DNA of 64,000 bases, from NCBI RefSeq assembly GCF_009914755.1, contig NC_060926.1; one strand, 5' to 3'. The notes under the pieces were generated by a model that saw nothing but the letters and a program-made list of their open reading frames with translations, was not told where the DNA came from and ran no database searches. The DNA comes from the human T2T-CHM13v2.0 reference genome, Homo sapiens. Shown in pieces: positions 1 to 24,680 of the stretch. A program made the translations under genes and the position numbers. Positions within the stretch are counted from its first letter, which is position 1, and every line of letters begins with the position of its first letter.

Positions 1-69
1 TCAAAGGGCTAAAGACAACTTAATACAAATAAATTTCTGAATACTTATAGAAAAGTGGGAAAGAATTAC

Positions 70-184
70 CATCTGCAAAAGGATCAAGACGCTCTGGGGA
101 AATTATCATGGTCCGCCTATGCTTTTTGTATTCATCTTCCCGGTCTGCAATCTTTGGAGGTCTGTGCTCAGCAAATGGATCATA
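70..184 (-). CDS. SF3B1: SF3B1 coding exon 4 (115 nt; [39 protein letters not shown])
   Basis: Acceptor tttcag|TAT at 185/184; donor G|gtaatt at 70/69; matches the core of ORF 20..205. Confidence 0.97.
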
Positions 185-670
185 CTGAAAAGAGGTATGT
201 CTCACTTAATATCCACTTTATTAAAATAACAAAACAGAATATCATAAACAAAAATCAGAACACCATAAAGCACAAATGTTTAATACATGCCTACTAATAT
301 TCTGTACCGTTTCACAGATAAATGTTAAATATAAAAAAATAAGGCACATGGAAACAAGGTAATATACATATCCACATTTCCATAGTTCAATGCTTCATTA
401 AATGATTACAGCCAGGCATGACAGCCTGTGTGTATAATCTCAACTACTTGGGAGGTTGAGACAGGAGGAATGCTTGAGCCCAGGAGTTTGGGATCAGCCT
501 GAGCAAGACAGCAAAACCTTGTGTCAAAAAGAAAAAGATTACACCTTTACAAAATAAGTTATTATTTATAATTATCCTTAAAGCATCCTAAAATTTATGG
601 ATTTCTATGGGAACTCAGACATTCACTTTTCTTTAGCTGAATAAACTATGCTTTTAAAATGAAAGATCAC

Positions 671-775
671 CTGTTCTGTTGACTGTGGTATATCATTAAG
701 CAATGCCACAGGGGCATGATATCCTGGCTTCTTCTGACCAAGCAAACTCGTAGATGATGAATAGTCATCGTCATC
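671..775 (-). CDS. SF3B1: SF3B1 coding exon 3 (105 nt; [35 protein letters not shown])
   Basis: Acceptor ttgcag|GAT at 776/775; donor CAG|gtgatc at 671/670; in frame with exons 2 and 4. Confidence 0.97.
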
Positions 776-1960
776 CTGCAATGAAAACCCCCCAAAAAGC
801 CATAAACAAAATGTTAGAACTTAAAAATTAGAAAGAATATGCAAAGATTCAAAATGAAATCAAAAGATCTATTGACAGTGTGATGTCTAAGCCCTCCTTC
901 ATAAAACTTAGAAACACAATTGGTCTTCTTTCACTTCAAAAATCTATTAAATTCAATTCAGTAAAGTTATCTTTACTTTTAAAATGATTAAGCAAGGAAT
1001 ATTTTCTATAGACGTCAATTAAGATAAAGTAGGTATGGACTAGAAAAACCTGTGCATTTAATTTTTTCACAGAAGACAAAATGTTTTTTCAATTTGATAA
1101 CTACAGCTTATTTTAGAACTTTCTACTTTCTTTTTTTAACTCATGTTTTTTAACACAATTTAACAACCATAGAAACAAATATTTAATTTTAAATTTATTT
1201 GCCCCTAGTAGTATGTTTAAACAGAACAATGTTATACTGTTACTTTTCTAGTATAAAAAGTACAACTGTTTGGGAGGCCAAGGTGGGAGAATGGCTTGAG
1301 TGTAGGAGTTTTGAGACTAGCCTAGGCAACAGAGACCCAGCTGGGCAAGGTGGCTCACATCTATAATCCCAACACTTTGGGAGGCCGAGGCGAGGGACTA
1401 ATTGAGCCCAGGAGTTCAAGACCAGCCTGGGCAACATGGTGAAACTCTGTCTCTACCAAAAAAAATACAAAAATTAGCCAGGCGTGGTGGTGTGCATATG
1501 TAGTCCCAGCTACTCAGGAGGCTGAGGTGGGAAAATTGCTTGATCTCGGGAGGCGAAGGCTATAGTGAGGCATGATCTGGCCACTGCCTTTGGTCTGGGC
1601 AACAGAGCAAGACTTTGTCTCCAAAAAACAAAACCACATACATAGTGAGATCTCATCTCTATTGTAATAAAAATAAATAAAAAATAAAAAGTGCAACACG
1701 GGGTAATTCTCCAGATCTTAACACCTCACTTATTTTATTTAAAGATAAAGTGACAATTTCCCCCTCAGCTTCTGAAACCTATAGCTATCACTTTCTTTTA
1801 CAATTAGGGTATGAGACCCCCAAATAAAGTGCTAACTAGTCCATGACTGGCTTCTAGAAATTTCACCTTTTGGGATTTTTAAATTTCTCTCAAGAAAAAA
1901 AAAAGAGGAAGAGAGCCAACTATAAAATGTGACTTGAATTTCTTAAAAATAACCAGTTGG

Positions 1961-2210
1961 CACCGCATGTTCTCACTCCTAGGTGGGAACTGAACAATAA
2001 GAACACCTGGACACAGGATGGGGAACATCACACACCGGGGCTTGTCATGGGGTGGGGGTAGGGGGGAGGGATAGCATTGGGAGATATACCTAACGTAAAT
2101 GACAAGTTAATGGGTGCAGCACACCAGTATGGCACATGTATACATACGTAACCTGCACATTGTGCACATGGACCCTAGAATTTAAAGTATAATAATAATA
2201 AAAAAAGAAA
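1961..2210 (+). mobile_element. 5'-truncated L1PA 3' end
   Basis: CACCGCATGTTCTCACTC...GGGAGGGATAGCATT...GTGCAGCACACCA...AAAGTATAATAA plus A tail, typical of the L1PA 3' UTR. Confidence 0.9.
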
Positions 2211-3449
2211 TATACATCACCTATCCAAAAATTAAAAAAAAATAAAAAATAACCAGGCGCGGTGGCTCACGCCTGTAATCCCAGCACTCTGGGAGGCTGA
2301 GGCAGGTGGATCACGAGCTCAGGAGATCGAGACCATCCTGGCTAACACGGTGAAACCCCGTCTCTACTAAAAATACAAAAAATTAGCCGGACTTGGTGGC
2401 AGGCATCTGTAGTCCCAGCTACTCGGGAGGCTGAGGCAGGAGAATGCTATGAACCCTGGAGGCGGAGCATGCAGTAAGCCAAGATTGCACCACTGCATTC
2501 CAGCCTGGGCAACAGAGTGAGACGAAAAAAAAAAACCAGTTTGATAATCTATATACATAAAATAAAATTTATCTGTAACTGAATCACCAAATTTGGAGTT
2601 TGGAATGGTCTGATAAAATATAAGCTACCTGGAATACATAAAAAATGCTTTGAGGGAACAGATTTCAAAATGAAAGGCAGTCCTCCTCCATAGGAATTCA
2701 AACAGACATGAAAAGCTCATCAATATCAGTACTAAGAAAAATTCCAGGCTGGGCGCAGTGGCTCAAGCCTGTAATCGCAGCACTTTGGGAGGCCAAGGCA
2801 GGTGGATCACCTGAAGGCATGAGTTCCAGACCAGCCTGGCCAACATGGCAAAACCCCATCTCTACTAAAAATACAAAAATTAGCCAGGCATGGTAGCAGG
2901 CGCCTGTAATCCCAGCTATATGGGAGGCTGAGGCAGGAGAATCACTTGAAACCGGGAGGCGGAGGTTGCAGTCCACTGCACTCAAGCCTGGATGACAGGT
3001 GAGACTGTCTCAAAAAAAAAAAAAAAAAGATAAGAAAAGAAAATCCATTCACATTAAGATACCAAGAGGAGAAAAACAGTATCAAGTACAAGTCAGTAAT
3101 CAAATCACAAGGACAGATGGCTATTTACAATTAAGTCACTTCTCACACAGGCTACTCTAGATAGAGCTGATAAGTAATGGTAGGGATTTACTTTACTCTT
3201 AACTTTATAAAGGTAATGGCTGGCAGGTGCTTCACTGGATAAACAAACTAGTCTTTACCATAAATTCTCAGAACAAAGCATTTCCAGTGAAGTTTCTGAA
3301 CCTTAGAGAGGATACCTCCAGTAGTTTTATCCTCTAAAAGATCCCAAAAATGTTTCTCCAGATTAAACCAGATGGCTGCAACAAAAGTTATTCATATTTC
3401 TTGCTCTCTCAAAAAAATAACTGCCTCTTGTACATAATTTGTAACTTAC

Positions 3450-3616
3450 ATCTTCAAGTTCAGTTGCAGCAATTGATGTCACGTATCCAGCAAATCTGCT
3501 GTCACTTCCACCATAAATTTCCTGGTCATAATAACCTGTAGAATCGAGGCCCACTCCTTGAGCTTCATCAAGAGCTGCCTTCTTGCCTTGAATTTCTCGA
3601 ATCTGTGCTTCAATAT
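3450..3616 (-). CDS. SF3B1: SF3B1 coding exon 2 (167 nt; [13 protein letters not shown]...IAATELED)
   Basis: Acceptor ttatag|ATA at 3617/3616; donor GAT|gtaagt at 3450/3449; overlaps ORF 3363..3554. Confidence 0.97.
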
Positions 3617-3799
3617 CTATAAAAAGATAACACAGACTTTCTTAATTTCACTTTCCAAAAGAACTCCCAACACAATGCATTTCTTTACTAGGTAATTATC
3701 AAAATACTCTCTTAAATACAGAAAATGTACAATAATTGCACCATATAAGAGACTAGTAATCACAACAGCGTAAGCAAGCTCTAGAAATTAAACCATGAT

Positions 3800-12582
<8,783 letters not shown>

Positions 12583-14610
12583 TCAATCTTGGAGCTAAGG
12601 AGAAGAGAAAATCTTAACACAACAGACTATTCTAAGCAATATAACATTTATACTGAGTACTATAGCAGCACTGCCCCAAAAAGCATTAATTCTGCTTCAG
12701 TTTATCAAAAATGGCTTAACAAGAGAAAACAGTGATGGACCATGAAGAACTAGAGTTCCATTAGGAAGGAAGCAACAAGCTATGTCAGTATTATGTGTAT
12801 TTCTACTAAACATTTATCATCCCCTGACATATCCCATAGGGATGGGCACAGACAGTGCTCAAGTATTGAATGTTCTGCTATTTTCTTATGGTATCACTTA
12901 ATTCACATTGATAGAATAATCTCAAAAATAACAAGTTTGGCCAATGAATAGCAATAGACCAAAGTTTTTAGCTGGGTTTCTAAAAAATTCAGGAAAACTG
13001 ATCAGAATTCTGATTTTCCTGTCTGAGGGCATCTTATACTGAAGTTACCAATAAATAAGTATCAAAGCTATACTATCAATATCCCCAAATGAATAACATC
13101 CTGAATGAACAAAAACAGCACAACTTTATATTTTCTACTTACTTTGCAAAAGGTTATATTTGAGATAGTCTAAAGACAAAATAATAAAGCCTAGGAATAC
13201 TAAGAGAGCATTTAAATCCTAAATACCTAAAATGGTATACTAATATTAAAGTCATTGACAATTCATTAGCATGTTTGATAAATAGCAGAAAGCTGGACTT
13301 CAGGTCCTCTGGGTGACCCAACTATTCAAAGCCATTCACATTCTGGTCCTAATCCAACCTTTCCAGATTCATTTATTTCTTCTCTACTTGCACCCTCTGT
13401 TCCTGCTACAGTGGACTACTACTCAAACACACCTTTCACGATTCAATACCTTGTTACAAGATGTTCTCAGGCTCAGATGTCCTTCCCGATTTAAAACTGA
13501 CTGATCCTTTTAAAACACGGTCATGTAACCTCCTCAGTGAAACAACCCTAAACATAATCATTCCGTTACCCAGGTTCCCAGAACATGCTGCTTTTTCTTC
13601 TACTTAAGCATGCATCTGGCCTCATGAGAGAATGAGAACATACACATCTGTTTCTCCTATCAGACTGTAAAATTTTGGATGGCCTCAGTCTCTTACCTCT
13701 CACAGACTAATACCGAGCCAAATACCCAGAAAGAACATATGAAACAAAAGTGACTTAGAAGTCTCGTTCTCAGTGAAAATCTCGGATTCCAAGTCAGAAA
13801 TCAAAGAATGCAGTTCCAACTTCTCATGCCTCGTCTTTTCTGAAAAGTGATCCCATTTTCTGTCATCTCTGGATACTTCCTAATGAACTCCAGTCTATTC
13901 CCAACGTTTTCCTAATTTGCACACTCTGTATTCCATAAAACGATCAACTAGCTTGAAAGCTTCGGCCATTAATGAAAGTAATTTATGTTTTCCTCTTCCA
14001 TCTGCTCCTCCAATAACCAGTCTCCAAAGAAAAAGATCAATATTATACTAAAAGTGACTAAGGGAGGGAAAACAACTACCAGATTTTATCCCCAAATCGT
14101 TTCGTGCAAGAAAAATAAACAAGTAACTGACGCTTGAAGACACACAAGGGTAGGAGTAACGGAATCTCGGTTTAACCAAATTCGATTCAGTCTGCCGGAA
14201 AAGCGGCTGCCGTATTTCAGTGCTTTTCTGACCCTCTTCTGCACAAACTATGGGGACGACAGTGTCGAGAGGCGAGTGAGACCTTCTCCCCACGCCCGCT
14301 TCCCCGATCCCTTGCCCACGAATCCTACTGAGGAAGCCGCTTAAACGAGGCCCTCTGGTCAGAGAAGAGAAGCTACTCTGAAGTAGCAGGTCCCAAACAC
14401 TGAACAAAGCGCCTGTCGGGGGTGTAAGAGGAGGACGCCATTACGCGGGGCAGTGGCCTGCGCCGCTGGCGCGGAGGAGACGACCCTTGGCCCCGAAACG
14501 CGGGCTCAGCTCCTACGAAAGAAACCATAGAAAAAGGCAGAATCCTAGGAAAAAAGGCTTTTATTAGGCTAGCAACGAAGAAAACACGTAAGCAGGGAAA
14601 GACCGCTTAC

Positions 14611-14638
14611 CTTCGTGAGTCTTGGCGATCTTCGCCAT
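14611..14638 (-). CDS. SF3B1: SF3B1 coding exon 1 (ATG + 25 nt; MAKIAKTHE-)
   Basis: acaaaATGGCG at 14638-14636 (strong Kozak context); donor AAG|gtaagc at 14611/14610; phase 1 matches exon 2. Confidence 0.97.
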
Positions 14639-14959
14639 TTTGTCCACTCGAACACACAGACGGAACTGGCGCTCCCAAGAACTTCCGCTCGTCGCCGCCG
14701 CCACGGAGAAAAATAGCTGGGGGCTGCACTCTGCGCGTGCGCCAAACGGGAGCGCGCTCCGTCGGGTGACACGTGACAGAACTGCCACCTAGAGGGAACC
14801 GCGAGGTGCATTGTGGGTGGGGGAGGAGACACGGTTGGGCCCTGAAGTCGCCTGCGTGGTGACCCAGGAAATCCCCGAGCCGAGCCGTAAGGTCCTTAAG
14901 TGAGTAACTTTGCCCTGGAGGAAAGTGGATTCTACGAAGGGAGTTAAGAACAGACACTG

Positions 14960-15112
14960 AGTCCCAGCAACTCTGGAGGCTGAGGCGGGAGCATCGCTTG
15001 AGCCCAGGAGTTCGAGGCAGCCGTGAGCCGTAATCGTGTCGCGCCACTGTACTCAAGCCTCCAGACCGGGCGACAGAGCAAGACCCCGAGACCCCTCCCA
15101 TTAAAAAAAAAA
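14960..15112 (+). repeat. Ancient Alu monomer (FRAM/FAM-like) beside the SF3B1 promoter
   Basis: GAGCCCAGGAGTTCGAGGC...GGGCGACAGAGCAAGACC plus A tail. Confidence 0.75.
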
Positions 15113-16290
15113 TGAACACTGTACGAAACGCTGCGGTTTCAGAGCTGGAAGAGACCTCAGACATTCAATCCCTTTTCCCAAAATTCACTGGAAGAGCTCG
15201 AGGAAAACTTTCCCTTGCAGCTGTCTCAGTCTTTACAGTGCTTAGTTACGAAGACAGTCTTAACAGTCCCATCTTTCGCCCTGTAATTCAAGGTCATTTT
15301 TCATTCTTTCTGTTTAATAATTGCAAATAATTTGGGTAGGAATTTCTTTGAGCCTCACAAATCGTTGCTGAGTTGCACAGTGACAATCTTGCCACCCTTT
15401 TAAAGCCTTTTACTTTATGGGTTCCTAGAAAACCACTCATCGTCATTATTAACATTCATTAGATGTTTCTCTTAAATCCTAGACGGTATTCCTAAATCAG
15501 GAATTTTAATAGATCAGAATACGGCAGTCTGTTTTCCTGGGCATCAATTATAATATAACCTTGTACTGTCACACTGGTCTTTGACTTCGACGATGAAAAA
15601 GAAAGAAAGGCTCAGAAAGATGGGTCCCGGAAGCAGCCGAGGAAAACAGGTAGTTATCAAGGTTAGAGCCATCACAAAGAGAGGAGTACCTCGCTATGTG
15701 ATAAACCTGCAACCCAAATACTAACCATACCATGGGTCAGTATGGTCGTTTGAAGGGAGGGAAATGGTATGGGTGTATTCCTCTTGCAGGAAGACCCCAT
15801 ATCTACTTTGGGTAAAGTGAGGAGCCATTTTCCTGAGGCTAGCGGTAGGTGGGAGATATATGGACAATGGCACTGGACTGAGAGCTTAGATAACCTGTCC
15901 CTGGTGACTCCTGACCTGCAGCCTTGCTCCCTCTTTCCCTCTCACCAGACTCCCTCCCTTCTTCAGATCAGGTGACACAAACGATTTTTTTTCTGTTTTT
16001 TTGACACACAGTCTTGGTTTGTTGCCCAAGCTGGAGGGCAGTGGTGCGATCACAGCTGACCCTAACTTCGACCTTAAGGTTCAAGAGACTCTCCTGCCTC
16101 AGTCTCCAGAGTAGCTAGTACCACCAACATGGGCCACCATACCCAGCTAATTTTTATTTTTTGTAGAATGAGATCTTACTATATTCCCCAGGCTGGTCTC
16201 AAACTCTTGGCCTCAAGCAGTCCTCCTGCCTCAGACTCCTAAAGTGCTGGGATTATAGGCGTGAGCCACCACAGATTTTTATTAGCATCA

Positions 16291-16383
<93 letters not shown>

Positions 16384-16408
16384 TCACAAGGTCAGGAGTT
16401 CAAAACTA

Positions 16409-17140
<732 letters not shown>

Positions 17141-18567
17141 TGTGATAGTTCTTATCCCACAGGCCCACTTTAGTTCAGTTTAGTTTTGCTTTGTTTTTAG
17201 AAATGGGGTCTTGCTCTGTTGCCCCAGCTGTAGTGCAGTGGCTCACTCCAGCCTCAAACTCCTGGGCTCTGGCGATCCTCCCAACTCAGCCTCCTGAGTA
17301 GCTAGGATTACAGGTGCACACCACCATGCCCAGCTACTTTTTAATTTTTTTTTTTTGAGACAGAGTCTTACTCTTTCACCCAAGCTGGAGTGCAGTGGCG
17401 TAATCTCAGCTCACTGTAACCTCTGCCTCCCTAGTAGCTGGGACCACAGATGTGTGCCACTACACCCAGCTAATTTTTTATTTTCAGTAGAGACAGGGCT
17501 TTGCCATGTTGGCCAAGCTGGTCTTGAACTCCTGGCCTCAAGTGACCCACCCACATCGACCTCCCAAAGTGCTGGGATTACAGGCGTGAGCCATCTCACC
17601 TGCCTACTTTTTAAATTTTTTGTAGAGACAGGGTCTTGCTATATTGCCCAGGCTAATCTCGAACACCTAGCCTCAAGCGATCTTCCCATCTGGGCCTCTC
17701 AAAGTGCTGGGATTACAGGCAGGAGCCCCTTAACCAACTTCGAGAACTTGGGAAATAAGATGTGGTGGGTTCTTGCCACCGTGAGCCAAACCTGGGTCAG
17801 AACTTCATGTGTGATCTGGCCCCTACATACACCCACTCTGATAGGATATTATGACACTTTGGATAACAATGTCGATTTGGACCTTGTGTCCCACAGGTCT
17901 TAAAATATTTGGTTATTCCACTTTTCCCAGTGTATAGTTACCAGAGCAAATGATAGTTCCCTTTGGAGAAGTATTAAGGGATCATTAACAAATACTAACA
18001 AAAAAAAGGAAAACAAAACAAACACTGTGGTGTTACACAGTCCTTCCTGGGGACCTAGCTTCTGCTTCAATTAGATGACCTGAACTCATTTCTAGATCTG
18101 AAAACTACCTTAGGTCTGGAAACTAGCTGAAGATCACTTTTTTTTTTAAATTGGGACAAGTGCCTTCAGCCTCCTAATGATTCATGTTTTATTTCTCTTG
18201 GTTGCACAGATTGAGCAGTACCCTTGTAGGCTGCCCATCAATCTTGCCTCTAAGGATACCCAGTTGTATGAATCATATATTTCTGCAGGTCAACCATTCT
18301 GACCTTATGCTAATTGTGACAATTGTGCCCACCTTGCTGCTGACAGTTAAGCATCACTAAAGTAGGAAATAGGGTCCAAACCGACACTACTTAAGGAGGG
18401 CAAGTAGTGATGGGACCTCATCATCCCATTGCTATCATGGAGCTCATCACTGTCACTGCATCTGCTGCTTTCACCTAAGGTCTGTAAAAGACAGCCACAT
18501 TGGTGACAGTACCAAGCTGAGCTGTATCAGTGAAGTCAGAGGCAAACGGAAAAAGCAGTAATAGTGA

Positions 18568-18822
<255 letters not shown>

Positions 18823-18910
18823 TGATTCAACCACCTCGGCCTCCTGAAGTGCTGGGATTACAGGCATGAGCCACTGCGCCCAGCCTAGGGCCATGCTACT
18901 CTTAATACTA

Positions 18911-19656
<746 letters not shown>

Positions 19657-19688
19657 TTAATTAATTAAATTAAAAATAAAAAATTTAA

Positions 19689-21380
<1,692 letters not shown>

Positions 21381-21543
21381 TCCAAAAGTGCCTTCCATGA
21401 GATGGACAATGATACAGAAATAGAGTAGATGGTGACACTGTGCCCTAGGGATCTAAACCTTAAAGAAGTTTGGGTTTTCTGGCTGGGCGCAGTGGCTTAT
21501 GCCTGTAATCCCAGCACTTTGGGAAGCCAAGGCGGGCGGTTCA

Positions 21544-21795
<252 letters not shown>

Positions 21796-22306
21796 TTATG
21801 ATCCAAGAGAAGTAGTGAAGAGTGAAGGAGACATTAGTCCTGTTCTCTTGGCCTTGAAGTACTTGGGTAGCAAGGGTTATCAAACACCCCCTTTTTTAAT
21901 TTTTTTGAGATGGAGTCTTACTCTGTCTCCCAGGCTAGAGTGCAGTAGCACGACCTTGGCTCACTGCAACCTCTGCCTCCCGGGTTCAAGCAATTCTCCT
22001 GCCTCAGCCTCCTGAGTAGCTGGGACTATAAGCCAGCACCACCACACCCAGCTAATTTTTGTATTTTTAGTGGAGATGAGGTTTCACCATGTTGGCCAGG
22101 ATGGTCTCGATTTCCTGACCTCTTGAGCCACTGGGATTACAGACATAGGCCACTGTGCCTGGCCAAACACCCCTTTCTTTCTTGGAATGGTGATTAATTG
22201 AAAATAATTTTGAATGTACTGTTTTCTTTATGGCAGTTTATCAATGGCTATGCTTCTCCAGGAGCCTCTAAGTGTGAAAGTGGGGTTGGAGGAAGAGTGC
22301 AGCATG

Positions 22307-22307
<1 letters not shown>

Positions 22308-22345
<38 letters not shown>
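22308..22345. repeat. (TG)n microsatellite
   Basis: About 19 TG units. Confidence 0.95.
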
Positions 22346-22347
<2 letters not shown>

Positions 22348-22369
22348 CCTCCTTTCCCTCCCACTAACG

Positions 22370-22520
22370 CAGTGATTCTCAAACTCTAAGGGCATCCCCT
22401 GAAGAGCTTCTTAAAATTATAGGTTGTGGGCCCAAACTCCAGAGATTGATTGAGTAGGTTTGAAGTGGAGCCCAAGTGCTGATAATTCTCTACAGGTGGC
22501 CAACTTTGAGAAGTGTGCGA
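22370..22520. mobile_element. MER5A-like hAT element
   Basis: Inverted termini CAGTGATTCTCAAACT ... ACTTTGAGAAGTG. Confidence 0.6.
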
Positions 22521-23839
22521 TCTCAAAGCCTCTTTTCTCAGCTATGTTTGAATTCTGGGAGAAGGCAGACAGGTCTCCAGTGTTCTATGGTCAGAAGAAA
22601 GAAACGTATCCAAATATTCAACAGCATGTGTGATCTGTCACCCCCGCTACTCACCCCAGTGTGAAAATGTGCCTATGGTTGAGAAAGAATAAGCAGCCTC
22701 GTATGAGAGAGGAAGCACAGGGCAGCTTCACAGGGTGCCACGAGTCAGCCAAGGAAATTGTTCTGAACCCTGTAAGACACATGACCCCCTCCACTCTCCT
22801 GAAATAAAATTCATAGAGAATAGAATCTGATCACACAGGTAATTTTGAAAAATATCAATTAATGCCCCAACTGAAATATAAAAGGAGAAATCAGAGGGAA
22901 AAAAATGCTTATAACAAAAGATGTATTTTGAGGATTTGGGAAGTTTATAAATCACAGATTAGGGGTTCCAGAAGGCACAAAGGGAAGGTTTGAGAGAAAA
23001 AAGTTAGTGGAAAGGAAGCAGTGAGCTGTATAGTAATGAGGATAAACAGGAGAATGACTATTGGAGGGGCTTTTAATTTAGATGGCAAGAATAACAAGTG
23101 GGGATATCTGGCTATTAGATTATCATTAACATATGTGGTCTCAGGAATTCTCAGGTGAGTGCAGAAAGAGGTAAGTGAACACCCGGGCCATAATCTATAA
23201 TGCGACAGCAATCTCCAACCCATGGGCTATAGCTGGCTGCCACACCTCCCTTTTCGTGTGGTAAAATATATATAATATAAAATATGCATTTTAAATATTT
23301 TAAGTGTACAATTCAGTGGCATTAATTACATTCAAACTGTTAATACGACTATCACCACTACCTCTATCCAAATTTTTTTTTTTATCACCCCAACCGAAAC
23401 TCTGGGATCATTAAGCAATAACTTCCCATTTTCCCCTTTTCACTTAACTCCTTGTAACCTCTAATCTACTCCTGCAGTGAGATTTCCTGGATAGGGTAAC
23501 ACCAGATCAGTCTTATAGATGAGGTAAAAATGATGAAGGAGATGGGGGCAAGAATAGGACACAGGACCCTCTAGAAAAAGAGGACAATGTAGGCAACAGA
23601 CACCATAGTGTCTGTAGGGGACCTCAAAGCAGTTCTTTGTGGCTAAGTGCCATAGTATGTGGCAGGAAGCTGCAAAAGAGGAATTCTAGGATTGGCTCAG
23701 AGGCTGGTTATATAAACAGGAAGAATCTGTTTCCTTGATCTACTCTGAGTTCCCTGAAATAAGAATTTCTGAATCCCAGCACTTTGGGAGGCCGAGGTGG
23801 GCAGATCACGAGGTCAGGAGATTGAGACCATCCTGGCTA

Positions 23840-24302
<463 letters not shown>

Positions 24303-24473
24303 TGAGATTACAGGCGCCCACCACCAAGCCTGGGTAATTTTTGTATTTTTAGTAGAGATGGGGTTTCACCATGTTGGCTAGGCTGTTCTCAAACTCCTGA
24401 CCTCAGGTGATCTGCCTGCCGCAGCCTCCCAAAGTGCTGGGATTACAGGTGTGAGCCACCACACCTGACCTGA

Positions 24474-24680
<207 letters not shown>

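Larger units (their letters stand above)
410..3040 (+). repeat. Alu copies in SF3B1 introns 2-3 (about 410-536 monomer, 1269-1690 nested, 2253-2535, 2746-3040)
   Basis: Alu consensus blocks with A tails, all on the plus strand (antisense to SF3B1). Confidence 0.9.
14150..15130 (-). promoter_or_regulatory. SF3B1 CpG-island promoter with YY1, ETS, NRF1-like, E-box and CTCF-like motifs
   Basis: CpG-dense and TATA-less. CGCCATTTT (YY1) overlaps the ATG at 14633-14641; ACTTCCGC at 14681; TGCGCGTGCGCC at 14732-14743; CACGTGAC at 14770-14777; CCTCTAGGTGGCAG on the minus strand at 14782-14795. Factor binding is inferred from motif match only. Confidence 0.8.

Noticed and set aside
14048-15164. Long ORFs across the SF3B1 promoter; similar ones at 32674-33846
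   Set aside because: CpG-island stop-codon depletion; only the exon portions match real proteins.
18385-18429. Two adjacent hairpins (CACTACTT/AAGTAGTG and ATGGGA/TCCCAT)
   Set aside because: Stems of 8 and 6 bp are expected by chance; no snoRNA boxes or other support.
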